Source: Microcoleus sp.
Lineage (GTDB): Bacteria; Cyanobacteriota; Cyanobacteriia; Cyanobacteriales; Microcoleaceae
Direction: 5' to 3'
Length of the DNA: 64,000 nucleotides
Assembly (NCBI GenBank): GCA_052279835.1
Contig: CP181291.1
Location: forward strand, 2,368,001-2,432,000
Under the pieces are notes generated by a model. That model was not told the DNA's origin. It saw only the letters and a program-made list of their open reading frames with translations, and searched no databases. Shown piece after piece: positions 1 to 12,000 of the stretch. How positions within the stretch are numbered: the stretch's first letter is position 1; the number at the start of each line of letters is the position of its first letter. The translations under genes and the position numbers were made by a program.

Positions 1-1676
1 ACCAATTGACCCAAGGAAGACATTTTTTCACTTTGGACGAGCTGTGCTTGGGTATTACCCAGAGTGTTAAAAGCTAATTCTAATTCCACTGCTTGTTCTC
101 TGAGTCTAGCTTCGGATTCTCGCAGTGCCATTTCTGCTGCTGTGCGCTCGGTAACATCGACACCAATTCCCCAAAAATCCCAGCCGGGAACCGAAAATTT
201 AGCGGAAATATTAGACCAAGCAATTGTTTTTACAGTCCCGTCAGCGGCCTGTATTTCTACTTCTAAATCTCGAAAATTATGTTCGAGTTTGACAACTTCT
301 TTAAACACTTTTTGGCGGTATTGAAAATCCGGTATTAGTAGTTGTATTGCTTGCTGATTGGCGACCATTTCTGATGTACTGTAACCCAAAACTTGTTCGC
401 ATTCTCGGTTCCAGACTATGATATTGCGTTCGGCATCAACAGCGCTGAGCATGACTGGCATATTTTCGAGAATTAAGCGTAGCCTTGCTTCACTTTCCCT
501 GAGAGCTTCTTCAACTCGCGCCCTCTCCGTGATGTCCACAGAAACAGCAATTAATCCTGGAATTTCTCCTTTTTCATCGAAGATTGGGGTGCCACGAGTT
601 TCGTAAATGTGACCAGAGAATTCGGCGGACCAAATTTTTTCTTCGCCAGCCAAAACCAAATTAATATTTTCGATAATTTGGGGGTACTTTTCGTACAGTC
701 CGTAAACCGATAAGCCAACTACTTGTGCTGGAACTAATCCTAAAGGTTCTAACCCTTTTCCTTCCGAAAGTGTAAAGATGCCTCGGCGGTCAATGCAAGA
801 CAAAATTATGGGTGCATTGTTGACAACGGCACGGAGGCGTTTTTGACTCATTTGCAGGGCTAATTCTGCTTGTTTGCGATCGGTAATATCGAGGGCCGCT
901 CCGAATAATTTGATGACTTCCCCTTGATGGTTTTGGACAATTTGTCCCCAACCGATTAGATATCTCATTTCTCCGTTTAAACGGTAAATGCGGTGGTCAA
1001 TTTCGTAGGGTTGGCGGTGGGCGATGGCGTCGTTTATAGTTTGTTGAAAGCGTTCTCTATCGTTAGGATGAATTTGTTGCACCAGTTCTGGATAACTTGG
1101 TGTTGGTGCGTTTATTTCTAGAGCGTAAATTCTTTTTAATTCATCAGACCAAGTAACTTCGCCAGTAGTGAGGTCGAATTCCCAGTTGCCGATATGGGCA
1201 ACTTTTTGAGTTTCTTCTAATTTTTGCTGGTATTCTAAGAGTTCGTTAGTGGCTTTTTTACGTCCGCTAATATCCGTGGCCGTACCTATAAATCCTTGAA
1301 ATTTACCTGCTGGTGTCAATTTAGGAACTACTGTTTCTTCAATCCACCGATATTCGCCGTCGGCTCTTTTTAGGCGGTATTCTCTCTGGAATTTGCTAGG
1401 GGAATTCCCAGCAGTTGCATATATTTGTTCCCAGCTATCTAAATCTTCGGGGTGGATGTTTTGCGTCCATCCGCGGGCTGAAATTTGTTCCTGACTAAGC
1501 CCTGTAAATTCTGTCCACTGAGAATTAAAGTAATGACAATTGCTATCTGCATCTGCTATCCACAGCATGGTTGGTACTAGATCTGCCCACTCGCGCCAAG
1601 AATTTTCGCCGACATCTGAAAAATTGGCGATCGGGGCTTGTTTGGGTAGTTTAGCTTCCCTGGGAGAACCAGTCAT
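1..1676 (-). CDS. Multi-PAS/PAC sensor protein, probably a histidine kinase (runs off the left edge)
   Basis: Not in the ORF track because the stop is outside the window. Manual translation from ATG 1676 gives MTGSPRE...WADLVPTMLWIADADSNCHYFNSQW...IHPED...EYRLKRADGEYRWI...GTATDIS, typical PAS/PAC motifs. An in-frame stop lies upstream at about 1760. Confidence 0.85.
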   Translation of the reverse strand, partial: MTGSPREAKLPKQAPIANFSDVGENSWREWADLVPTMLWIADADSNCHYFNSQWTEFTGLSQEQISARGWTQNIHPEDLDSWEQIYATAGNSPSKFQREYRLKRADGEYRWIEETVVPKLTPAGKFQGFIGTATDISGRKKATNELLEYQQKLEETQKVAHIGNWEFDLTTGEVTWSDELKRIYALEINAPTPSYPELVQQIHPNDRERFQQTINDAIAHRQPYEIDHRIYRLNGEMRYLIGWGQIVQNHQGEVIKLFGAALDITDRKQAELALQMSQKRLRAVVNNAPIILSCIDRRGIFTLSEGKGLEPLGLVPAQVVGLSVYGLYEKYPQIIENINLVLAGEEKIWSAEFSGHIYETRGTPIFDEKGEIPGLIAVSVDITERARVEEALRESEARLRLILENMPVMLSAVDAERNIIVWNRECEQVLGYSTSEMVANQQAIQLLIPDFQYRQKVFKEVVKLEHNFRDLEVEIQAADGTVKTIAWSNISAKFSVPGWDFWGIGVDVTERTAAEMALRESEARLREQAVELELAFNTLGNTQAQLVQSEKMSSLGQL

Positions 1677-1786
1677 AACTTGACAAGGGGTAAGTTGACA
1701 TTTGCTGTTTTTATTGTGACACTGAGATGCAATTTCATGTAAAAAATTATCGGCTTTTCACAACCAATATATCAATCCAAATTTCT

Positions 1787-4279
1787 CTAGGTTAAATTTT
1801 GCTGGACTGGAATTTCTACCAAAAACTCCGAACCCTCTCCCACCGTGGAACTACAGCTCAATTTGCCACCATGTCGATCGACTATAATTGAATGAGAAAT
1901 CGATAGTCCCAAACCAGTCCCCTTACCCACAGGTTTAGTGGTGAAAAATGGGTCAAACAGCCTGGATCTAAAAGATTCTGGTATCCCCCCTCCATTGTCA
2001 GCAATTGATACGGCTACGAAGCCCCCAGCAGTCAAATAAGTGCGAATAGTGATGGTGCTGGGAGGTCGATCGCACTCCTGCATGGTCTCCTGGTTGTTCA
2101 GTTCTTCCAAAGCATCGATCGCATTAATCAAAATATTCATAAATACCTGATTCAACAAACCAGGAAAACATTCCACATTTTGCAGTTCTTGGTAATCTTT
2201 AATTACCCGAATACCCGCAGAGTTGCTGTGAGATTTCAGGCGATTTTGCAAAATCATTAAACTGCTATCAATTCCCTCATGAATATCCACCGACTTCCCA
2301 GCGGATTCGTCTAAGCGAGAAAAGTTGCGGAGGGATTTCACGATTTCTACAATTCGCTCGGTTCCTACTCGCATAGAACTAAAAAGTTTTGGCAAATCTG
2401 CCCTCGCATAATCCAAGTCAATTTCCTGGATTTTTTCCACCACACCCGCAGCCGGATTGGGGTAGTTATCCTGATAGGTTTTAATCAAACTTAACAAGTC
2501 TAAAGTATACCTACGAGCTGGTCCTAAATTGCAGTGAATAAAGCTGATAGGATTATTTATTTCATGAGCTACACCAGCAACTAACTGCCCCAAACTTACC
2601 ATTTTTTCATTTTGCACAAGCTGAGATTGAGTTGTTTTGAGCTGCTTAATTGCTGTTTCTAATTCTATGGCTTTGGAACGTTCTCGCGCTTCCGATTCCT
2701 GCAAAGCAAACTCTGCTTGTTTGCGATCGCTAATATCTTGATGAGTGCCGTTCATCCGCAGTGGTGCGCCCCATTCGTCGTATTCTACTACCTTACCCAA
2801 AGCCATAATCCATTGCCAATTTCCCGATTTATTCAGCATCCTAAATTCAATTTTATAAATATCATTTTCCCCTTCAAAATATGAATTTAAAGCTGCCATC
2901 ACCTTGACTTTATCTTCGGGATGTAGCAAATCTTCCCAAGATTTAACATTATTTTCAATTTCATTTTCTTCATAACCAATCATTGCTTTCCACTGCGAGT
3001 CAAAATAAGTAGCGCCTGTAGCAATATTCCAATCCCACAGCCCCAGGGAGCTGCCAAACACTGCTAATTGCAATCTTTCTTGACTAAGTTTTAAGGCGGA
3101 TTCTGTACGTTTTAGTTCTGTGAGATCGGCAATAATTGCCATCATTCCTATGGGTTGATTACTGCTATCTTTAATGCAATCGGCTCGCAATTGAGTTTCG
3201 ATAATTTCGCCATTTTTAGCTTTGAGTTGGATTTCACCACTCCAGGATAAGCCTTTCCGCAGCACGATAAATAATCTTCTCAATTGTTGATATTTTGCGT
3301 ACATAACTGCGGGTCCGCCATGATTATTTAGTTCCTCAACTGTATAGCCGTAGCGCTGAATAAATGCGAGATTATGATAAATGGAATAACCATCCAGATT
3401 CGCGATCGCGATCGCCTCACTAGCGCTATCTACAGCTTGAGTTACTTGCTGCAAAGTCAATTCAGCTTGTTTGCGATTAGTAATGTCAAACATCACTCCA
3501 TCTCGCCACAAAACTTGCCCTTCTAGATTGTAAGCCGGTCTGCCTCTTTCAGAAATCCACCGCGTCGCCCCATCAGCGCGAACAATCCGGTATTCTAGGT
3601 AGTAAGGCTGTTTTGATGCCACTGCTTCTTTGATTTTGCGATCGAGCATTTCCCGATCTGTATCATGGATAATATCACCAAAACAGAAGTCGCTTCGGGA
3701 CATAAAATCCCCAACAGAATAGCCACTAATTACCTCAATCTCATCGCTGATAAATTCCATCTTACCCCGCACATCGTACTGACAACGGTAGATAGCACCA
3801 GGAATGTTTTTAACTAGCGATCGCAATCTTTCTTCCCTAGTATTTTTTTGCCATTCTGCTTCCCGTCTGTGGCGGACAATAGCGCATTGTAAAGTACGGA
3901 TCAGCAGCCGACTATCTAGTTGTCTTTTCACCAGATAATCTTGGGCACCTGCTGCAAGCAACTCAATGGCTAGTTCTTCGTCATCAGAAGAAGTGAGAAT
4001 GACTATGGGAATATTTATACTATAATTTTGCAGATTTAAAAAAGCATCGAAGCGTTGGCTATCAGGAAGTGAAATGTCTAACAAAATTACATCAAAAACC
4101 CGATTAATTAAATTTTCTATAGCTTCCTGGAGTCCGATAACATGGGTAAAATCGATCGACACTCTCAGATTGCTTTCTAACAACATATTTTGAATGAATT
4201 CCCCATATTCTGCACAATCTTCTACCAGAAGAACGTTCAAATAAGCAGGTATCAAAGTTGAATGAAAAACAGAGCTCAT
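1787..4279 (-). CDS. Hybrid sensor histidine kinase (REC-PAS x3-HisKA-HATPase)
   Basis: Receiver LLVED...LLDISLP...YLVK; three PAS/PAC repeats; H-box [10 protein letters not shown]-box [10 protein letters not shown] boxes DNGGG and [15 protein letters not shown]. Confidence 0.95.
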   Translation of the reverse strand: MSSVFHSTLIPAYLNVLLVEDCAEYGEFIQNMLLESNLRVSIDFTHVIGLQEAIENLINRVFDVILLDISLPDSQRFDAFLNLQNYSINIPIVILTSSDDEELAIELLAAGAQDYLVKRQLDSRLLIRTLQCAIVRHRREAEWQKNTREERLRSLVKNIPGAIYRCQYDVRGKMEFISDEIEVISGYSVGDFMSRSDFCFGDIIHDTDREMLDRKIKEAVASKQPYYLEYRIVRADGATRWISERGRPAYNLEGQVLWRDGVMFDITNRKQAELTLQQVTQAVDSASEAIAIANLDGYSIYHNLAFIQRYGYTVEELNNHGGPAVMYAKYQQLRRLFIVLRKGLSWSGEIQLKAKNGEIIETQLRADCIKDSSNQPIGMMAIIADLTELKRTESALKLSQERLQLAVFGSSLGLWDWNIATGATYFDSQWKAMIGYEENEIENNVKSWEDLLHPEDKVKVMAALNSYFEGENDIYKIEFRMLNKSGNWQWIMALGKVVEYDEWGAPLRMNGTHQDISDRKQAEFALQESEARERSKAIELETAIKQLKTTQSQLVQNEKMVSLGQLVAGVAHEINNPISFIHCNLGPARRYTLDLLSLIKTYQDNYPNPAAGVVEKIQEIDLDYARADLPKLFSSMRVGTERIVEIVKSLRNFSRLDESAGKSVDIHEGIDSSLMILQNRLKSHSNSAGIRVIKDYQELQNVECFPGLLNQVFMNILINAIDALEELNNQETMQECDRPPSTITIRTYLTAGGFVAVSIADNGGGIPESFRSRLFDPFFTTKPVGKGTGLGLSISHSIIVDRHGGKLSCSSTVGEGSEFLVEIPVQQNLT

Positions 4280-4370
4280 TGGTTAAAATTTAATATAAAA
4301 ATAAGATCGCGCTCGGTTAATAGTTGATAAATTCTGTATGGGCATTGGGCCTAAGAGCTATGATTGTTTA

Positions 4371-4672
4371 GGGGATGACTTTTTCCTTCTTCCTTCCCCC
4401 TTGGCGGGGTAGAGGGGGATGACTTCTTCCTTCTTACTTCCCCCCTTGGGGGGATGACTTCTTCCTTCTTACTTCCCCCCTTGGGGGGGATGACTTCTTT
4501 CTTCTTCCTTCCCCCCTTGGGGGGGATGACTTCTTCCTTCTTGGTTCCCCCCAAGGGGGGGGTAGGGGGGGGTTCTTCTTTCTTCTTCCTTCCCCCCTTG
4601 GCGGGGTAGAGGGGGATGACTTCTTTCTTCTTACTTCCCCCCTTGGGGGGTTCTTCTTCCTTCTTCCTTCTT
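4371..4672. repeat. Degenerate tandem repeat array (about 30-45 bp units, TTCTTCCTTCTT.CTTCCCCCCTTGGGGGGGATGAC core)
   Basis: About seven visible units with CCCCC-TT-GGGGG hairpin cores in an intergenic region; related units occur at 24635 and 27923. Confidence 0.85.
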
Positions 4673-4698
4673 GCTTCTGCCTCCTTCTGTCTTCAATC

Positions 4699-5898
4699 TT
4701 ACTGCCGTTTTGGCAACACAACTGTAAATATGCTACCCTTGCCGAGATTACTGCTAATAGCAATCTCGCCCTTAAAAGGTTTTAGCAGTTCAATACAAGT
4801 ATAAAGTCCCAGACCAGTTCCTGTGGGTTCACCCTCTTTTTGTTCCTCGCCTTTAGCTGGTTTTGATGTGTAAAAAGGATCGAATATTTTTGAAAAATCT
4901 TCTGGTGCTATCCCGCATCCCGTATCCGCAATCTCCAGATAAATTTTCGATTCATCTTGTCGAGTCACAATAGTTAGTTCTCGGCTTTTTTTATCCCACA
5001 TAGCATCCATTGCATTATTTATTAAGTTGTAAAATACTTGAGAAATATAGGAATAAATTAAGGGAATATTTTGTATTTTATCGTCATAAAAATATTTTTT
5101 CTTGATTTTATTTTTAAAATACAGATTTCCTTCCAATAGCTGAATCTCTCGCTGCACTAATTCGTTTATATTCACAGGCTGCAAATCTTGCTCTTGCTCC
5201 TTTCTGCTTTTCACCATCAGAGTGTCCATAATCTGATTGACTTTTGTGATGGCTTGTAAAATATACTTAGTGTAACTAAAAAACGAGTAGTCGTTAATTT
5301 TTGTCGCTTTTGTTTCAATGAGATCGACGCTAGTCTGCATAACTTGCAGCGGACTTTTCAGGTTGTGTACCATGCCCTGAGTCAAGCGACCGATGATGGC
5401 AGTTTTTTCTTGGTTGATGAGTTGCTTACTTTTTTGTTCGACAAGTCTTTCCAGATTTTGGTTGAGGTTAGCAAGCTCTGCGTTTTTTTCTTCTAGTTTT
5501 TTTTGTAAACTACGAATAGTCAAGTGAGTTTCAATTCGGCTCAATACTTCTTCGTGCTGGAACGGCTTAGTGATGTAATCAACTGCTCCTGTTTGAAAGC
5601 CTTTTACTTTGTCAAGGGTATCGGAAAGGGCGCTCATAAATATGATGGGAATGTCTTGCGTCGGCGGGTCTGCTTTCAAGCGACGGCAAGTTTCAAACCC
5701 GTCAATTCCCGGCATCATGATATCTAAAAGGATCAGGTCTGGATGGATATATTCAATTTGCTCGATCGCACTTTCGCCGTCCTGGGCTACTAATACCTTA
5801 AACCCATAATTTCTCAACAACTCGAAAAGTACATCCAGATTGGTCTGGTTGTCATCGACAATTAGTATAATGCTTCTTTCGGAATTTTTATCGTTCAT
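4699..5898 (-). CDS. Hybrid response regulator-histidine kinase (REC-HisKA-HATPase)
   Basis: LIVDDN...LLDIMMP...DYITKPF receiver; VHNLKSPL H-box; NLINNAMDA, DTGCG and GTGLGL boxes; ATG 5898 preferred over TTG 5904. Confidence 0.93.
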   Translation of the reverse strand: MNDKNSERSIILIVDDNQTNLDVLFELLRNYGFKVLVAQDGESAIEQIEYIHPDLILLDIMMPGIDGFETCRRLKADPPTQDIPIIFMSALSDTLDKVKGFQTGAVDYITKPFQHEEVLSRIETHLTIRSLQKKLEEKNAELANLNQNLERLVEQKSKQLINQEKTAIIGRLTQGMVHNLKSPLQVMQTSVDLIETKATKINDYSFFSYTKYILQAITKVNQIMDTLMVKSRKEQEQDLQPVNINELVQREIQLLEGNLYFKNKIKKKYFYDDKIQNIPLIYSYISQVFYNLINNAMDAMWDKKSRELTIVTRQDESKIYLEIADTGCGIAPEDFSKIFDPFYTSKPAKGEEQKEGEPTGTGLGLYTCIELLKPFKGEIAISSNLGKGSIFTVVLPKRQ

Positions 5899-6046
5899 AT
5901 TCAAGGAAAAAAATCAAGTTGAATAGTATAGTTGTGAATTTTGACTTGTGAAGTGTGACTTGTGAATTAAAATCCCCGTCGAATGATTTTAATTTGTTGG
6001 TCACAATCTTGACTGTCAACTTACAAAGTCTTACATAACTTTAATC

Positions 6047-9000
6047 CTAAGACAAATGTTCCTTCAAAAAAGCTCGCATTTGCTTGATCTGAAATCCCTT
6101 AGCTAGTTGGCGGACGTGGTGAGCGAAAGGCACTAATTTCGGGTCAGAATTTTCAAGTTTAGCAATTTCCTCCAGAATAGCTTCTATATCGCCCATGGCA
6201 CACAGTCTTAACAAAGCCAAGACTGACTCACAGGCGGGAGATGCGATCTTGTCCGCAGCAGCCAAGTCTGATGCTGTTTTTGGGGTTGGAGCTTTGCGTT
6301 TGTTAGCCGATGGTCCTTCTTCGTAAACCCATTCTAGTCCCAAATTAACTCGCAACGATTCTAAAAGCTCGTTGTTTTGAATAGGCTTACTGAGAAAACC
6401 ATTGCAGCCTGCAAGTATGCTCTCTTGCCTGGTAGTCTCATAAACACTAGCAGACAAAGCAAGGATAACCGCATCTTTTAATTCCGGCAAGTGTCGCAGC
6501 CGCCTGGTAGCTTCCCAGCCGTCCATTACTGGCATCAGCAAGTCCATTAAAATTAGATCGGGTTGAAATTCCAGTGCTTTGTGCAAACAGTCTTCGCCGT
6601 CTGTGGCTTCTACAATTTCAAAGCCCAAACGAGAGAGCATTTTATGCAGCATTGCCCGATTTGCTTCGTTGTCGTCTACTACCAACACTTTGCGCTTGAG
6701 GCCGACGAAACCAACAATCCGATGTTTTTCGCGTGGAGAGGGGATTTCTGAACACTGGGCGACGGCGGGCAAATCTATATCTAACCAAAAAATGCTGCCT
6801 ATGCCGGAGGTACTTTCGACGTGAATTTGGCTGCCCATCATGTTTACTATTTTTTGACTGATGGAAAGGCCCAATCCGGTACCTTCCACCACGTTGCTAC
6901 GATCGCCCACTTGATGAAAGGGCAAAAATATTTCTGCTAATTTGTTCTCTCTGATACCAATGCCGCTATCTTCGACTTGAAAGCGGATTTTAGTTGGTGG
7001 TAATTTTGCTAAGTTTGGTGCTTCTGTGGCGTCACCGGGGGCGATGGACTGCTTCTGTGGTTCTAGATTAGGGGTCAAAGTTGCCATTCCATCACGATTT
7101 GCCGCCGTTAAACTGGAATTTATGGAGTTGATGGGACTGGCATATTCAGCGACATTATCCACGTAACCCACTTTCAATGTCACTCCACCATGATCGGTGA
7201 ACTTAACAGCATTGCTGAGCAAATTAATCAAAACTTGTCGGACTCTTTTTTCATCAGCTAAAACGTAGTTAGGCAGAACAGATAGCTCCTCGTAATTAAA
7301 TGCAATTCCTTTTTGATCGGAACGCATCTTAAACAAGTCAACAATGTTTTTGATTAAATTTCTAAAATCTACCTCGCTCACAGACAGTTCCATTTTATTA
7401 GCTTCTATTTTTGCCAGGTCTAAAACATCATTAATCAGCGTCAGTAAGTGGTGGCCACACTGTAGAGCGTTAGTCAGGATATCCAGTTGTTCTGTTGTTA
7501 AATTACGCTCGTTTTTCAGGAGTTGAATGTATCCTAAAATCCCGTTCAAAGGTGTGCGCAATTCGTGGCTCATATTGGCGAGAAAGTCACTTTTAGCACG
7601 GTTGGCAGCTTCGGCGGCTTCTTTTGCTAATTGCAGGGCGGCTTCTGCTTGTTTGCGCTCGGCAATTTCAGTTTGCGCCTTTTGAAACAAAGTAGATTGT
7701 TGGATGGCGATCGCCAACTGCACGGCTAATTGTTGCAGACACTCTGCCTCAAATTTCTGCCAAGGACGGGGGCCAGTGCAGTGGTGGGCAATTAGCAGCC
7801 CCCACAATTTTTCGCCTTGCAAAATCGGTACTACCAGGTTAGCTCTGACGTGCAGATCCGTTAACACATTCAAGTAGCATTCAGCGATACCAGCGTTGTA
7901 AACATCATCTGTAGCTCTAATTCTGCCGTCTTTGTAAAGGTCAACGTAGGCTTCGCCAAAACAGGGGTCGTAAATTTCCCTTCCCGCAATTGCCATGCAA
8001 TCTTCCTTTACCGACTCCACAGCGATAAACCCACTCCAACTAGGAGTAAATTGGTAAATCACTGTGCGGTCTACTTGCAAAAATAGCCGCACTTCTTCCA
8101 CAGTTGTGGTTAAAATTTCTTCTAAGTTTAAAGAAGCCCGAATGCGTTCGAGCATGGAGACTGCTAGTTGCTCCCGATTTAATTGCTGGCGCAAAGTTTC
8201 TTCGACTTTTTTGCGTTCGCTAATATCGGTGATTACTCCCACCGAACCGATAAAATTGCCATTTTCATCTTTTATATTATCGGCTCTCACCAGAGTAGTT
8301 ACTGCTTCACCATTCTTAGTTTTTAGTTCAATTTCATCACTCCATGACAAGCCTGTGCGAATGGTTTTATAGATTTGTTTATAAATTTTAGGTTGGACGT
8401 ACATCACCTCGGCTGCATTGAGCCTGTTGAGTTCTTCCACTGTGTAGCCGTACCGTTGAATGAAGGCTTGGTTGTGGTAAATAGAGCGTCCTTTCAAGTC
8501 GGTAATCGCGATCGCGTCGCTGGTACTTTCAACAGCTTGAGTAACTTTCAACAGCTCTAGTTCTGCTTGTTTGCGATCGCTGATATCAGTCATGGAACCC
8601 ACCATCCGCAGGGGATTTCCGGCTTGGTCCCACACTGCTTGGGCCCTGGCTAGTACCCACTTGTAGCTACCGTCTTTGCATAGCAGACGGTATTCAGAGG
8701 CATAATTCGGAGTTTTGCGATCGAGGTAATCTTGGATAGCAGTTTGCACGCGCCAAGCATCTTCCGGGTGAATTCGCTCAGTCCATTCGGTGTTGTTAGT
8801 GTCAATTTCGGTGTCTGAGTAACCAATAATTTCCTTCCAGCGAGCAGAGCGAAAAACTTCATTAGTTTGGAGGTTAAAATCCCAAATTCCGTCTTGATTT
8901 CCCTTCAGAACTAACTGCCAGCGTTCTTCGCTTTTCCTTAATTCTTCTTCGGCTTGTTTGCGCTGAATATGGGAACCCAATTGAGTGGCTACTGCTTTTA

Positions 9001-12000
9001 CTAAATCTACTATACGGCCCTCTAGAGGCGAGCGGTTCCGCTGGTAAAATACTAAAACTGCCAGCACTTCTCCCTCAGCGCGAATTGGTATGCCGAAACA
9101 AGCTTTTAATCCACTTTCTCTTGCCAGTTCCCATCGCGAAAAAACGGGATTTACGCCATCGGATATATCCTCTCTCCACTCCATTTGTTTAGTCAGCCAA
9201 ATGCGCCCCGGTAGTCCGACTCCCAGTCCAAATACAAACTGATGGCTTTCACGTCCAAAAGCCTGCAAAGTCGGCTCGCTAGCATACCAACTTGGGCTGT
9301 GTTCTAGAAAAGTGCCATCAGCAGCAGGTATCCAAGCTTCGGCAAAATTCCAGCCGATAGCGTTGCACAAAAAGCGCAAAACATTGGCGATCGCGCTCTC
9401 GAAGTCTGGGGACTGACTAATTGCTTGAGTTGCTGCTAGCAACAACTTGATTTCATCTTCTGTTTGCTTACTTTCAGTAATATCAGTTCCCGCGCCCAAA
9501 ATTTGTTTTAATCGACCGGCTGGGGTTTTCATAAATACAGTATCTCGGCTGACAATCCAGCGCCAAGAACCATCCTTATGCTGCATTCTGTATTCAACTT
9601 CAAAGATATCGCCTTGGCCACCTGTTTCTACTTGCTGTAAATAATCAGGAATTTTGCTCAAATCTTCCGGGTGCATCAATTGAGAAATCATCTCTACACC
9701 CATAGCCTGAAGTTCTTCTACTGTATAGCCTAAAACTTGAGATATGGAAGCATTAGTATAAATAATTTTATGTTCGATCAAATCGTAAACATACAAAATA
9801 TTAGGACTAGCTTCAGCAATTTTTTCGGCGAACCGCTGACTATCTTGCAGCTTTATTTCGGCTTGTTTTTTAGCAGAAAGATCGCGGACAATAGAAATAA
9901 TTTCGCCCCCTTCCAGCATAGTCAGGGACAGTTCTTGAGGAAAGTTGGAGCCGTCGCTGCGACATCCGATGGCTTCGGTGTTGCAATATCCTTTTGTGGT
10001 TAAAGCCGGGAAAATTTCTTGCTCCAACCTTTGTAGTTCTGCACTTTCATAGCATATTTTCCAGCTTTGAGCGAACATGGCTTCGGGAGATTCGCAACCA
10101 TACATTTTGAGTTGAGCTGCGTTGCAATAAATGAACTCTCCGCCGGCACCGATGATGGCGATGCCCTCGGAAGCGGCGGACATGGCGGCGGCTTGTCGCT
10201 GGATGGCGGACTCAGAACGTTTGCGATCGGTGATATTACGGACGATCGCGATAATGTCGTCATCGCTACAAAATACAATTCTGGCTTCAAAATCGTACAG
10301 TTCACCATTAACTGACATGGGATATTCTACGATTTGAATTTCACCATTGTCGATCGCTTGTTTGTTCCCAGATACGATCTTGTCAGCAAAAACCGACGGT
10401 AGAATGTCTTGGACTTTTTTGCCGATAAAAATACTTTCTTTAAGTATAATATTCGGTTCTTTTGCAGGTTTGAAGTCTACAAAAGTGCCATCGGCGCGAC
10501 AGCGAAACATCATGTCTGGTATGGCGTTTAAAAGGGCTCGATTGGTGGCTTCACTTTTGCGTAATTCTGCTTCGGCTTGCTTGTTTAATGTAACATCGCG
10601 GGCCACTGCATAAATTAAACCTTCTTCACCAAAGGGCGATGCCGTCCAGGACAGCCATTTATAAGTACCATCTTGGCAAAGGTAGCGGTTTTCTAAGTTA
10701 ATAACTGGGTTGCCACTTTTGAGTGTTTCCAATTTAGCTCTGGTTATTGCTCGGTCTTCGGGATGCACAAATTCTATAAAAGGTTTGGCTATAAGTTCCC
10801 CTTCGCTGTAACCTAAAGCATTTGACCAAGCAGGATTTAAGCGTCTGAAATAGCCGTCTAAACCCGCAATGCAAAGTAAATCGAGGGAAATATTAAAGAA
10901 GCGATCGCGCTCTTTTTGAGTTTGTTTTAATTCGGTGATATCCATCACCAAGCCATCCCAAACTAAATCGCCATTGGCTTGCTTTTCCGGTTTGGCAGCG
11001 CCTTGCAGCCACTTCACTTTGTCCGGCATAATTTGCCGCCACTGCTGATGCCATTGCAGCAGCGTATTCGCCGATTTTATTATTGATTTGTGGAACTCTT
11101 CTAGGTCATCTGGATGAATATTTTCAAAACCCAATTCTGCATTTTGTTCTAGCTGTTTAGGTGCTAATTCGTAAATTTCATTACAACCGGAAGAAACGTA
11201 GCAAAATTTTTTTTCTCCATCCTTATTAATGCGGAATTGATAAATCATTCCCGGTACGTTAGCTGTCATTTTTTCCAGCCGAGAGCGGGTTTGCCTCAAT
11301 GCTATTTGCTGCCGCTTGTACTCGGTGACATCTCGGATAGTACCTACTAACATTTTACTGCCTTCGGCTGTTTTAAAAATAATTTTTTTGGTAGATATAA
11401 TTCTTTTTTTACCGCGGCTATCTATAAATTTTTCTTCCGTTTCATCAGGAATTTCTGTTTTCAATACCGCTGCGTCTTTTTGTAAAAACAAGTTCGCTAT
11501 GTCTTCCGGTAAAAAGTCGTATCCACATTTACCTATAAGTTCGGTTCGCGGTTTTCCCATTAACTCGCAAAAAGCATCGTTTAATACTACCCAACGGTGT
11601 TGTTCGTCTTTGACAAAAATTGGGTCTGGTGTCGCATTAATCGTGTGCTTTAAAAATTGTCGAGATGCTTTGAGTTGAACTTCATAGCGGTGGCGATCGC
11701 TCACATCCAAGACCACTTTAATCATCCGATCGATCGACCCGTCTAGGCTGCGGATGCAGCGCAGCGACACTCTAGTATAAACTATTCCACCGTTTTTTTT
11801 GCGCCATCTTTTGTCTAAAACGTAACCTTGACTCTTACCTGTTAAAATTTTCTTGAGCTGCTCGGAACTAGCTTGCCAATCTTCAGGAAAAGTCAATTTC
11901 TCCCAATTACACTGCAACAGTTCTTCGCGCTCGTATCCCAGCAAATTGCACAAAGCATCGTTGACTTCCAACCACTCACATTTTTCTGGTTGTGAGGGAG

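Noticed and set aside
64..606. Short plus-strand ORFs at the left edge
   Set aside because: Antisense shadows of the minus-strand PAS gene
4351..4804. Lys/Pro/Gly-rich ORFs of 62-109 aa
   Set aside because: Translations of the non-coding tandem repeat
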